A stretch of DNA of 64,000 nucleotides from positions 1,888,001-1,952,000 of the forward strand of contig OZ241981.1 in NCBI GenBank assembly GCA_965204345.1, written 5' to 3'. Position numbers and translations under genes: made by a program. Below the pieces are notes generated by a model. It saw only the letters and a program-made list of their open reading frames with translations, made no database searches and had not been told where the DNA came from. Positions 1-9,600 of this stretch are shown piece by piece. The DNA comes from Nitrosopumilus sp. (GTDB lineage: Archaea > Thermoproteota > Nitrososphaeria > Nitrososphaerales > Nitrosopumilaceae). Each line of letters begins with the position of its first letter. The first letter of the stretch is position 1.

Positions 1-680
1 TTTAGTGCCACGTTGAATTCATCGAGTCCCGGATTCTGCGTTCTTTTTTTAAACTGCCATTTCTTGGCAAGGCATGCAGATATCATCTGAAAGTATAATG
101 TGGCACAGCTGCCTTCATGCCCTAGAAACTGCTGTGCGTAGTGCTTTTGGTACGGTTTTATTTTTATGACAATTATAGATGAAGATTATATGAGGTCTTA
201 TTGTAGTGCGTAGTGCTTTTGGTACGGTTTTATTTTTATGACAGTCTCTGTGTCTGCAATAAACGATGCTGCATCGTGCAGCTTTGTTCTTAGCTGCTCT
301 TGCTTTCTGTTTTGCCTTAAGGTTGTGAGGACCTGCCTCTGCTTTGATAGTTTTTCTGATAACAGCTTTTTTGTTAGACTGAATGCAAATTTTGTATCTG
401 CATTTAGGTACTGTTGCCGCCTTATCTGAGTCTGGCGTCCAAGTGCACTTGACCAGATGCGTGCCAAGGGCTTGCCGGACCAGGATGTAATTACTAGCTG
501 TATCTGCCTTTCTATGCACAGTCTGATTGCAGACGTGCTGATCATTGCATTTGAGCTGACCAGTATCGTGTCTGTCTTTTTAGCTGGAATTTCCGCGTCC
601 TTTTGGTCCGGTGTTTTTATTACAAATCGCTCACGCCTTCTGTGTATGCTAGAGCCATGCGTGGTCAGTTCAATTATCAT
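1..680 (-). pseudogene. cas1: CRISPR-associated endonuclease Cas1, interrupted by a 72-bp insertion carrying in-frame stops; runs off the left edge
   Basis: N-terminus MIIELTTHGSSIHRRRERFVIK..ISTSAIRLCIERQIQLV..SGKPLARIW..IRRQQY is Cas1-like. After removing the insertion the same frame continues YAQQFLGHEGSCATLYFQMISACLAKKWQFKKRTQNPGLDEFNVAL, which matches the Cas1 LGxEG..YF..F.R..P..D.FN.AL signature. Confidence 0.9.
134..242. repeat. 37-bp direct repeat (134-170, 206-242) flanking a 35-bp unique spacer-like sequence (171-205)
   Basis: Two identical copies of GTGCGTAGTGCTTTTGGTACGGTTTTATTTTTATGAC with a 72-bp period; the next base (A) also matches. Confidence 0.95.
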
Positions 681-1110
681 TTGTCTTGATCTTTGAGACA
701 CTTTGATATATCTTGATCATTTAATAATTTTAGAAATGACTGCTATGTGGCGTGACAAGCTATTTAGCTGATGGACTTTTTTTTACAAAAAAAAAAGCCA
801 AAGCACAATGTGCAATCTAGCTAATCAGGTTCTTTTGAAGGAGATGAGAAATATGATATCTCAGCCAAATATATGAAATAACCATTATTCACAAAATGAT
901 TTTTGGTGGTTAATGGCACAATGATGCCATCTGACATCGTCCATACTTGTTGGGTTTGATGGCATTTTAAAATAAACCCCAAAAAATACGTATAATCTGA
1001 TGATTTTAGTCATTAAATGGATAAAAAACCGCGCGATTATTGTTAAAATGCATGATAATAGTCGGTTTTATTCAAAATATAAATAAACAATGCAATATTA
1101 ACTCAAAGCA

Positions 1111-2181
1111 ATGGCAACAAAAAGCAAGGCAACAAAAAAAGATCTAGAGACAAAAATTGCTGAATTGGAGGCAAAGTTAAGCAAATTATCAACACAACTT
1201 AAAGCCAAACCAAAACCTGCTGAAACCAAACCTGCTGAAACCAAACCTGCTGAAACCAAACCTGCTGAAACCAAACCAGGTAAAGCAAAGCCGGCAGAAG
1301 CCAAACCCGCTGAAAGACCTGCTGCTGCAACAACCAAGCCAAAGGGCACACTGCCCAAAGGATTTGAAGCAAAGCCGGCAGAAGCCAAACCGGCAGAAGC
1401 CAAACCGGCAGAAGCCAAACCCGCTGAAAGACCTGCTGCTGCAACAACCAAGCCAAAGGGCACACTACCCAAAGGATTTGAAGCAAAGCCAGCAGATGTC
1501 CCAAAGCCGGCTGAAACAACAACGTCACAGCCACCTGCAACTGTGCAAGAAGCACTAGAGAATGCATACATGACTGCCCCGACATCTGACTTTCATCAGT
1601 ACAGAGCCAAAGTCACAGGTTACTCACCAGCTCCCAACAGATACTTTGTGAGACTGACTGCTCCTGTGGGAAAGGTTCCAACCACAAATTGGAATCTCCA
1701 AAAATCTAAAGTGACCGGCTATACTGCATGCTCAAACCAGTACTATGCAACAAGGGCAAGACTTGCATATCATCCTGCCGATAAAACATTTGGAAGTTTT
1801 AGCGGGATCAACATGAGCGTTGAGGGAATCAAGGCACAGCAAGCTCCTCCGACACCAGAGCCACCAAAGCCTGCAAAGGGAAAGCTCCCAAAAGGCATGG
1901 AACAGGCACAGCAAACTCCACCACCACAGCAACAACAGCAGTCCGCATATGGCGGTGATGCAAAGTCTAGAGAAGAAAAACTCGCAGACTATGAGGCAGA
2001 ATACTTGCAAAGAATAGAACAGCAAAAAATAGATGATGAGAAGGCCTACCAAGAACTGCTTGAATCCGAAGCAAAGGCTAGGCAAACAGCTAGTAGGGGT
2101 ACTTTGCCAAAAGGCTTTGAACCAAAACCAGAACCCAAGACACCAAAAGAGTCTAGGGGAACACTGCCAAAAGGTTTCTAA
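1111..2181 (+). CDS. Pro/Lys/Ala-rich low-complexity repeat protein with N-terminal coiled coil
   Basis: 356-aa ORF with PAETK/PAEAK 15-bp repeats and a recurrent GTLPKGF motif. Confidence 0.8.
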   Translation: MATKSKATKKDLETKIAELEAKLSKLSTQLKAKPKPAETKPAETKPAETKPAETKPGKAKPAEAKPAERPAAATTKPKGTLPKGFEAKPAEAKPAEAKPAEAKPAERPAAATTKPKGTLPKGFEAKPADVPKPAETTTSQPPATVQEALENAYMTAPTSDFHQYRAKVTGYSPAPNRYFVRLTAPVGKVPTTNWNLQKSKVTGYTACSNQYYATRARLAYHPADKTFGSFSGINMSVEGIKAQQAPPTPEPPKPAKGKLPKGMEQAQQTPPPQQQQQSAYGGDAKSREEKLADYEAEYLQRIEQQKIDDEKAYQELLESEAKARQTASRGTLPKGFEPKPEPKTPKESRGTLPKGF

Positions 2182-2209
2182 TCTATTTGCAATCTCTTCC
2201 TACTTATTT

Positions 2210-2674
2210 TTATTTCAAGCTTAGAAACTCTTCTAGCACTTCCTTGGAATGTCCTGCAGGCTTTACCTTGGGATATATCTTGAAAATCCTTCCCTCTTCG
2301 TTTACAAGAAATGTGCTTCTCATGACTCCCATGTATTCTCTGCCCATGAATTTCTTCTTGCCCCATACCCCAAACAGATTTGATATCTCCTTCTTGACAT
2401 CTGCCAGCAATGGATATTTGATTCCCATCTTGTCGCAGAACTTTCTATGGGATTTGACATCATCAGGACTGACCCCTATGATCTCAATTCCTTCCTCTTG
2501 GAATTTTTCATAGTCCCTGGAAAACTCGTCTGCCTCTGTGGTACATCCTGGGGTAAAGTCCTTTGGATAAAAGTAGATTGCATGTCTTTTGCCTTTAAAA
2601 TCATCTGATCTTACAATGTCTCCGTTTGCGTCGCTTGCTGCAAATTTTGGCACAGAATCGCCTTTAGAAACCAT
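2210..2674 (-). CDS. bcp: Peroxiredoxin, BCP/PrxQ type
   Basis: YFYPKDFTPGCTTEA active-site motif. Confidence 0.92.
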   Translation of the reverse strand: MVSKGDSVPKFAASDANGDIVRSDDFKGKRHAIYFYPKDFTPGCTTEADEFSRDYEKFQEEGIEIIGVSPDDVKSHRKFCDKMGIKYPLLADVKKEISNLFGVWGKKKFMGREYMGVMRSTFLVNEEGRIFKIYPKVKPAGHSKEVLEEFLSLK

Positions 2675-2774
2675 GCATTCTCAAAGAATCAGTCCGTAAT
2701 TAATTGCTTTTTAGATCAGCTTATCAAAAAATAAAGCCGAATGTTTTATATGGATACTGACAAGGCTTTGCTTA

Positions 2775-3488
2775 ATGGTCAATCCAAGGGCATATCTTGC
2801 AGAGGCAATTGCAACTTATGGACTGGTGTTCTTTGGCCCTCTTTCAGTAATTTTGGCAGTATCTGCATTTGGCGAGGAACTAACCACCCAGTCAGTACTG
2901 TTTATCTCCCTTGGACACGGCGGTGCCATTGCCCTGATGGTCTATGCGTTTGGGCATGTCTCTGGCGCCCACATTAATCCTGCCGTCACCATTCCAATGA
3001 TGATTACAAGAAAAATTGGAATCGCAGACGGGGTCGGATACATTGTCTCGCAGCTAATCGGTGCTGTGGCAGCAGCTGCAACACTTATGGTCATGCTGCC
3101 TGAACTTGGCTCCAAGGTCAACTTTGCAACCCAGGGCGGTCCAAGCGACCTTATCAATAACAGCATTGGTTCTGGATTTGCAATTGAGGCGATCCTGACA
3201 TTCTTCTTAGTTACTGTAATCTTTATGACTGCCGTTCACAAAAAGGCATCTCCCGGGCTGCACGGGCTGTCTATTGGCGGGATGGTCTTCCTAATTCACC
3301 TGATTGCCGTGCCCCTGACTGGCGCCTCTGTAAATCCTGCAAGGACATTTGGTCCTGCCTTGATCTCCGGATTTTGGGAGTTCCACTGGCTGTACTGGGC
3401 AGCACCAATTTTGGGTGGGGTTATTGCAGGGCTGATAATGAATTACGTGTATACAAAACCTGCAGAAGAAGAAAAAGAAGAGGCATAA
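2775..3488 (+). CDS. MIP-family aquaporin
   Basis: Two NPA motifs (SGAHINPAVT, ASVNPART) and six hydrophobic helices. Confidence 0.95.
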   Translation: MVNPRAYLAEAIATYGLVFFGPLSVILAVSAFGEELTTQSVLFISLGHGGAIALMVYAFGHVSGAHINPAVTIPMMITRKIGIADGVGYIVSQLIGAVAAAATLMVMLPELGSKVNFATQGGPSDLINNSIGSGFAIEAILTFFLVTVIFMTAVHKKASPGLHGLSIGGMVFLIHLIAVPLTGASVNPARTFGPALISGFWEFHWLYWAAPILGGVIAGLIMNYVYTKPAEEEKEEA

Positions 3489-3528
3489 CCATAATGTTCT
3501 TTAAAAGTCCAAACCCTGGCTTTCTTGT

Positions 3529-3978
3529 ATGACTTTGTCATCATCATCATCATCAACTGACATCTTTGAAATGTTTGAAAATGAGTCTCAAAAGCTCAAA
3601 GACTTGATTAGTTCTACAGATGTGAGTTCTGGGCTGAGCATCTCTGAGATTGTTGAGACCTACCATAAGGTCATCAGTGTCTCATCTATTATTTCGGTGA
3701 TAAAACAGCAGCAGCATCCCAGCTCTGAGCAGCTCTTAGAGAAAATTCAGAAAACTCAGGCAATGATATCTGAAAAATTTGACTCTTGCATGCACCCTGA
3801 AATTTTGAAGCATCTGTCTGATTCAGTCAAAAGGGCTACTTGGGACCTGCAATCTGAAAATTCTGCTGAAAAATCAGTGGAGCAAACCCGGCAAGATGCA
3901 AAATTATTTGAGGAGCTGCGAGAGATTATGAGCACCCTGGAATTTGCCAAGCAGTATGATCGTGGACTGGCCAAATGA
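3529..3978 (+). CDS. Hypothetical helical protein
   Basis: 149-aa ORF whose stop overlaps the next start (ATGA). Confidence 0.7.
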   Translation: MTLSSSSSSTDIFEMFENESQKLKDLISSTDVSSGLSISEIVETYHKVISVSSIISVIKQQQHPSSEQLLEKIQKTQAMISEKFDSCMHPEILKHLSDSVKRATWDLQSENSAEKSVEQTRQDAKLFEELREIMSTLEFAKQYDRGLAK

Positions 3979-4820
3979 TTCGGGAACTTGGAAAAAATTT
4001 AGTTGCCTTAAAAAAAGAATTTGCCAAGAAAGAAGAAGAAGAAGAAAAACCAGGTGACGGCAAAAGCCAGATTCAGGAGGTCATTCCAAAATCAAAATCC
4101 GAACTGTTTCCCATTGAGGATTCTCATCTGAAGCTGCTGCATAAATTTGCACAAGAAAATCCCATCTACTACAACTCCTTTGAGAGAATCATAGGTACCG
4201 TCAAGTGTACCGTATATGAGGGAGACATTAACAGATACTGGCTAAACAGTATCCAGCACGGCTCAAGCAAGGCCCCCTTTTCCCCTACCTGGATGATGTC
4301 CGGATATGTCTGCACGCTGCTTGCAAAGGAGCTTGGCTATTCTGAAATAATTGATGTCGGTTCAGGTGATGGACGCATTGCATTTTGCGCAAAAATTCTT
4401 GGCATGGATTCATCTAGCATCGAAATTGATCAAACGCTGGTGGAATTACAAAACCATTTGATCCCAATTTTGGATTTTAACCCGTACTGTTCTGATGCTG
4501 TCTCCTTTGAGTATTCTTCCCTGAATTTAACACGCCCGATTTTTTTTATTGGCGGCCTGGCCCAGATGGGCGGCACCTCTCTTGCCTCTGGTGTGCTAGA
4601 TAAAATAAAATCTATCTCTCATCTGAAAAACAAGTCTGGTTGGGCTTTTGCTGGAACCCTCTCAAAAAAATACTCCGTTGATCCTAAAAACGAGGCAGGC
4701 TGGGGCACCTTGTTATATGAGAACAATCTCAAGTGCGTCCAAAACATTCAGCTGCCTACTGCTTGGACATTTCGTGAGTCCGATGAGACCCCCTACATTT
4801 TTGCCGAACCGTCACAATAG
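3975..4820 (+). CDS. Putative SAM-dependent methyltransferase-fold protein
   Basis: IIDVGSGDGRI motif I, followed by SIEID. Confidence 0.65.
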   Translation: MIRELGKNLVALKKEFAKKEEEEEKPGDGKSQIQEVIPKSKSELFPIEDSHLKLLHKFAQENPIYYNSFERIIGTVKCTVYEGDINRYWLNSIQHGSSKAPFSPTWMMSGYVCTLLAKELGYSEIIDVGSGDGRIAFCAKILGMDSSSIEIDQTLVELQNHLIPILDFNPYCSDAVSFEYSSLNLTRPIFFIGGLAQMGGTSLASGVLDKIKSISHLKNKSGWAFAGTLSKKYSVDPKNEAGWGTLLYENNLKCVQNIQLPTAWTFRESDETPYIFAEPSQ

Positions 4821-4855
4821 CAATCCAAATTAAGCCTAAATCTGCAAAACTTTTC

Positions 4856-4930
4856 GGACTCGTTGCATAGCTTGGATAGTGCGAACGCTTGCGGAGCGTT
4901 AGGTCACCGGTTCGAATCCGGTCGGGTCCG
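4856..4930 (+). tRNA. tRNA-Arg (GCG)
   Basis: Cloverleaf with GGACTCG/CGGGTCC acceptor stem, anticodon arm AACGC-TT-GCG-GA-GCGTT and T-loop GGTTCGAATCC. Confidence 0.95.
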
Positions 4931-5079
4931 TATACCATCCTCCTAAAAACTAAACATTTTACCTATGAGATCAGTTACAGTCAGCAAGTCGTCATAGTGC
5001 AGATACGGACACTCAAGGATATACAAGGAACATGTCATCTGCAGGCAATAGAATATAAGCAAATTATTCAAAGCAGTCA

Positions 5080-6183
5080 TTGTTGTCAGCCAGCAAAGAA
5101 GTCAGGTGCATTACCATAAGTGACGGAAAACTGCGAATTGAGAACTGGGTTACAGATGATCCTGACATTGTAGGTTTTTTTCAGGACTTTGACGAATCTG
5201 ACAATCTTGAGGAAAGATTGACATCCTTGGTAAAGACTGGAATCAGTGTAGCCAAATCAGCAAAAACCCAAGACAACATAGATTATGTAGAGGCTGCATT
5301 TGAGAATCTCAATTCCAGATTTGATAAACGGATGAAAGACATCTTTGGGGATGACGGGGACTTTGCCAGCCTGATAAAGGATCACTTTGGCCAAGACGGT
5401 CGGATCATCAAGGAAGTGTTCAGTCCAAGCCGAGAGGAAAGTCCCCTGTACGTTCTAAAACAGGAACTGGGTGCAAGCCTCTCAGAAATTATGAATCAGC
5501 TGGCAGCCAACAAGGGAGCTGCCATAGAACGGGAAAAGGGAACGCAAAAAGGGTTTGACTTTGAGGATAGGTGCAGCAGACAACTTGAGATGATTGCCAG
5601 AACACACTCAGACAAGCTGGAGAAAACTGGAACTCTGTCCGGCAAATTGGGCAACTCAAAGAAAGGCGACTTTGTAATCACTCTTGGTGATACTGGGCAG
5701 GTGATAGTTTTTGAGGTCAAGGACAACAGGTCAGTCAGCCAAAATGCTATACAAAAAGAGATGTCTGAGGCCATGAAGAACAGAAATGCTGACTATGGAA
5801 TATTCATAATGAGAAAACGGTCAATGCTGCCAGATGCAGTGGGATGGTTCAACGAGTATGACGGAAATCATCTGATCTGTGCAGTCGAGGATGACGATGG
5901 AGTGATACTAGACCATGAGATAATTGAGATTGCATACAAGTGGGCAAGGGCCAGACTGCGTCTGACTGACATGGACGGTACAAAGTCAGACATATCATTT
6001 ATGCTCGAAAAGTCAAATGAGATCAAATTAAAGATAGCAGAGATGAAGCAGATAAGGCGCCAATGCACTATCATCGAAAATGCATCAGGTGAGATAAGGC
6101 ACACTGCCACTAGTGCAGAGAATGGGATCAAAAGTGATCTTGAAGAGATTATACAGTCTCTCTCAAAACAGCGCTCCTGCTAG
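5080..6183 (+). CDS. Coiled-coil protein with PD-(D/E)XK nuclease-like domain (RmuC/DUF2130-like)
   Basis: KGFDFED...KGDFVI...IVFEVKD motif flanked by coiled coils. Confidence 0.6.
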   Translation: MLSASKEVRCITISDGKLRIENWVTDDPDIVGFFQDFDESDNLEERLTSLVKTGISVAKSAKTQDNIDYVEAAFENLNSRFDKRMKDIFGDDGDFASLIKDHFGQDGRIIKEVFSPSREESPLYVLKQELGASLSEIMNQLAANKGAAIEREKGTQKGFDFEDRCSRQLEMIARTHSDKLEKTGTLSGKLGNSKKGDFVITLGDTGQVIVFEVKDNRSVSQNAIQKEMSEAMKNRNADYGIFIMRKRSMLPDAVGWFNEYDGNHLICAVEDDDGVILDHEIIEIAYKWARARLRLTDMDGTKSDISFMLEKSNEIKLKIAEMKQIRRQCTIIENASGEIRHTATSAENGIKSDLEEIIQSLSKQRSC

Positions 6184-6657
6184 CCTGCTCATAAGATCCA
6201 AAATAGCCGTCACCAGAAAGAATACTTGTTAAACAAGACGATAATTTTTGGGCGTTATGTCTAATGTACATCCTTTTAATACTCAGATGAAGACCTTCTT
6301 CCAATAGATCAACAATATGGGCAGGCAATTTCTGGCAAAAACGTCATGATTGGCGGCTTTTAATGGTATATTTCCAAGTATTGCATAATCATGCATCTTC
6401 TAAGCAAGGCATGCCTTCTGATGTGAATTTTTAGCATCCAAACAACCCAAAGATATTCCATATGCAGAAAATACGGATGGGCATATGTGGCTGTACAATC
6501 TGCAAAAATCTGTCAAATCCGAGAATTTGTAATCATTAAATACTCTTAATTTTTTTACAATGTGTTAATAGATGCTAATTATGATCTTGCTGTTAAATGG
6601 GGGGAGGGTTAACTGAGATATCCTTACTGTTCTAGGCATTGGCTCCTCCTGCTGGTT

Positions 6658-9600
6658 ATGATCCCGCTGCTAGTGGGAGGGGGAACTCTGATATCATCTG
6701 CACCCCCTGCATTTGCCCAGTCTATATCCATTGACGATGTCACCATTGCCGAGGGTGAATCTCTTTCGCATCCGATAACACTCTCTGGTTTCGGACCCAC
6801 TCCTGATATCTTTCTCTCATCTATTGTGGGTTCAGATTCTTCGATTCCTCTGTCCATATCTCAAGGTGGAATAATCACCGCTGACATATCTTTTGATGTA
6901 GTGGCTCATCCCTCAACTGGCACTGACATAAGAACAAACTTTGACCTCTCTAATGACATTCAGATACGCATAGGTGTAGATGGTAGTGGTGCTTTTAGGA
7001 CTAGTGCTTTTACACTGACTGTCACAGATGTCAACCGTATTCCTGCAGGAACTGCACCTAGTTTTTCATTGAATATTGGTGAGACACACACAGGCAACCT
7101 AGCTAGCAACATTGCAGATCCGGACGGTGATACCCTGTCCTATACCCTGACTAACAATGCATGCCAGTCATCTAGCGTAACTGTAAATCCGACGGGTGCC
7201 TTTACCGTTACTGCAACAAATAACAACGCGGTGACATATCCTGAAGACTGTAGCTTTACCTTTGAAGTGACAGACGGCTCTGCAACAGAGCAGTTTACAT
7301 CCTCATACCGTGTGTTATCTACTGTATCCAACTCCCTGCCACCAATACCTGCCTCCGTACCATCTGCAACAGTCGAATATCCAAACCTAACTGTTCCTCA
7401 AATTTCACTGCGTGATCACTTTGTGGATCCCGAATTTGACACGCTGTCTTTCAATAATTTCTCAAGCTGCGCTGCTGGTGTCACCTTGGATGTTACACTG
7501 GTAAACGCCACTATTATGCAAATTAATCCCGTCGCAAGTGATGTCGGCACTACATGTGTGGTATCCTTTGACATCTCAGACGGCACGACGCAAAGCACGG
7601 GACAGCCATATTCTTTTGAGCTGGTAATCACAGAAAACCCCGCACCCGTACGTACTGCAACACCGCTGGTAATTGATGTTCCAGCAGACCAGCCTCAGAC
7701 ATCTACAATTAACATTAACGATTATTACACAGATGACAAGCCACTATCAATAAATTCTGTCACCTCTGATGACTGTTCATTTAGACAGGTCATCGTGGAT
7801 GTTGGGATAATCGAGTTTACGCTTCTCGCTAATGATCCCGAGGGGGTAACATGCACAGTAGAGATGGATGTCTCTGATGGAAACCGATCGATAACTGCAA
7901 CGCTCACAATAAACCATCTGGAACGTGCAACCGCATCTCTGAATACAGATGCAAGTGATCCGACCAACCTTGAGGCCATACCATATACGGTAACATTTGG
8001 CAGAGATGTCACAGGTTTTGAGCTGGATGATATTATTGTGCGTCATGATGATGTCATCATCAGATCTGGCCTGATAACTTCCATTGCGGGAGAGGGAGAC
8101 GAATACACCTTTACAGTCACACACAGCTTCACAGAAGGACTGCTAGTAGTAATCGTATCTCAAGATGCAGTTGTTGGCGGCAATGATTCTGCTGTATCTC
8201 GTATTACGGTGGACAGGATAAAGCCAACAGTATCCATTGCACCTGTCGATGGTACCACCACAGGTGATGACCCGGTAACGTTTACTGCAACATTTAGCGA
8301 GGACGTTAGAAACTTTGTGCTAGGTGACATTACAGTATCTGGTACCGCAAACGACGGCAGTCCAGTAGCATCCAACCTTCTTGGAACAGGAAGTGTATAC
8401 ACATTTGATGTTGCTCGAGGCTCTACAGACGGAACCGTAATTGCCTCAATTGCAGCAGACGTAGCAGAAGATCTTGCAGGCAACCTCAATGAGGCATCTG
8501 CTCCGGTCACTGCCACCATATACACTGTTCCGGTGCCAACTATCACCTCCGTCAGGGGTCTCATTGATAGCACTGATCCGTCTGAAACATTTAGAGTAAC
8601 ATTTAGCAACCCTGTCACAGACTTTGTTGCCGATGACATTCTCATAACTGGTACCGCAAACGGCGGCAATCCTGAAATATCAAACTTTGCAGGTTCCGGA
8701 GATACGTACACCTTTGATGTCGCAGGTGGGGTCTCAGATGGAAGCGTAATAATATCCATACCTGCAGGCGTTGCAGTACATCACTTATCAGGTGCAGACA
8801 ATGCGGCATCTGCTCAGTTTGACTTTCTCTTTCTCTTTTTTGGCCCAACCACTACCATTAGTACGACTGCCGATCCCCTGACTCCTCTTCATACAGTACC
8901 ATTTATCGTGACATTCAGTCAGGATGTCTTCCCTCTTACCCTAAGTGACATTACAGTAACTGGTACCGCAAACGGCGGCAACCCGGTTGCATCAAACCTT
9001 CAGATACTTAATTCCCGTACAACTAGCGATGGTGAAACTGTTGCCCCGAGATTTAGCTTTGATGTTGTCCGCGGATCCTCAGACGGAACCGTAACTGTAT
9101 CCATACCTGCAGCCGCGGCAACAAGTAGTAATTTTGATTCCAATATTGCATCCAACGAGATCACCGTCACAATAGACACCACCATACTGCCACCGGTTCC
9201 TGCAGTAGCGCCAGTCATAAACCTAGAGCACCCTGTGCTAGACCCACACCAAGAGTTCTCACTTGATGACCACTTTACAGATCCTCAAGGTGATACGCTA
9301 TCGTACACCAATATATCAGATGACTGTACTGGAACCCTGACGCAGCAGTCACCAGCTGGCTCTGATACGTTCAGGTTTGTATCCTCTGCTGCTGAGACAT
9401 GTACGCTCTCCTTTGACATCTCTGATGGTACTGGTGCCAGCACAGGCGGTGCATACACTGTAAACATATCTGTGGTATTGGATGCCGCACCAGTACGTAC
9501 TGCAACACCCCTGACAGTTGATGTCCTATCAAGCCAGCCCAGAAAGGTTACACTTGACATTAACAATTATTACACAGATACCCAGACACTGACACTAGTC

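Noticed and set aside
41-53. Possible frameshift in the poly-T run of cas1
   Set aside because: Manual translation stays in frame (FKKRTQNPGLDEFN).
134-242. Bona fide CRISPR array
   Set aside because: Only two copies, no leader, and the repeat translates as a native part of Cas1; it is better explained as a target duplication.
115-519. 134-aa alternative-frame ORF overlapping cas1
   Set aside because: Shadow frame of cas1; its repeated peptide merely reflects the DNA duplication.
1098-1585. Antisense hydrophobic repeat ORFs
   Set aside because: Mirror images of the PAETK repeats on the + strand.
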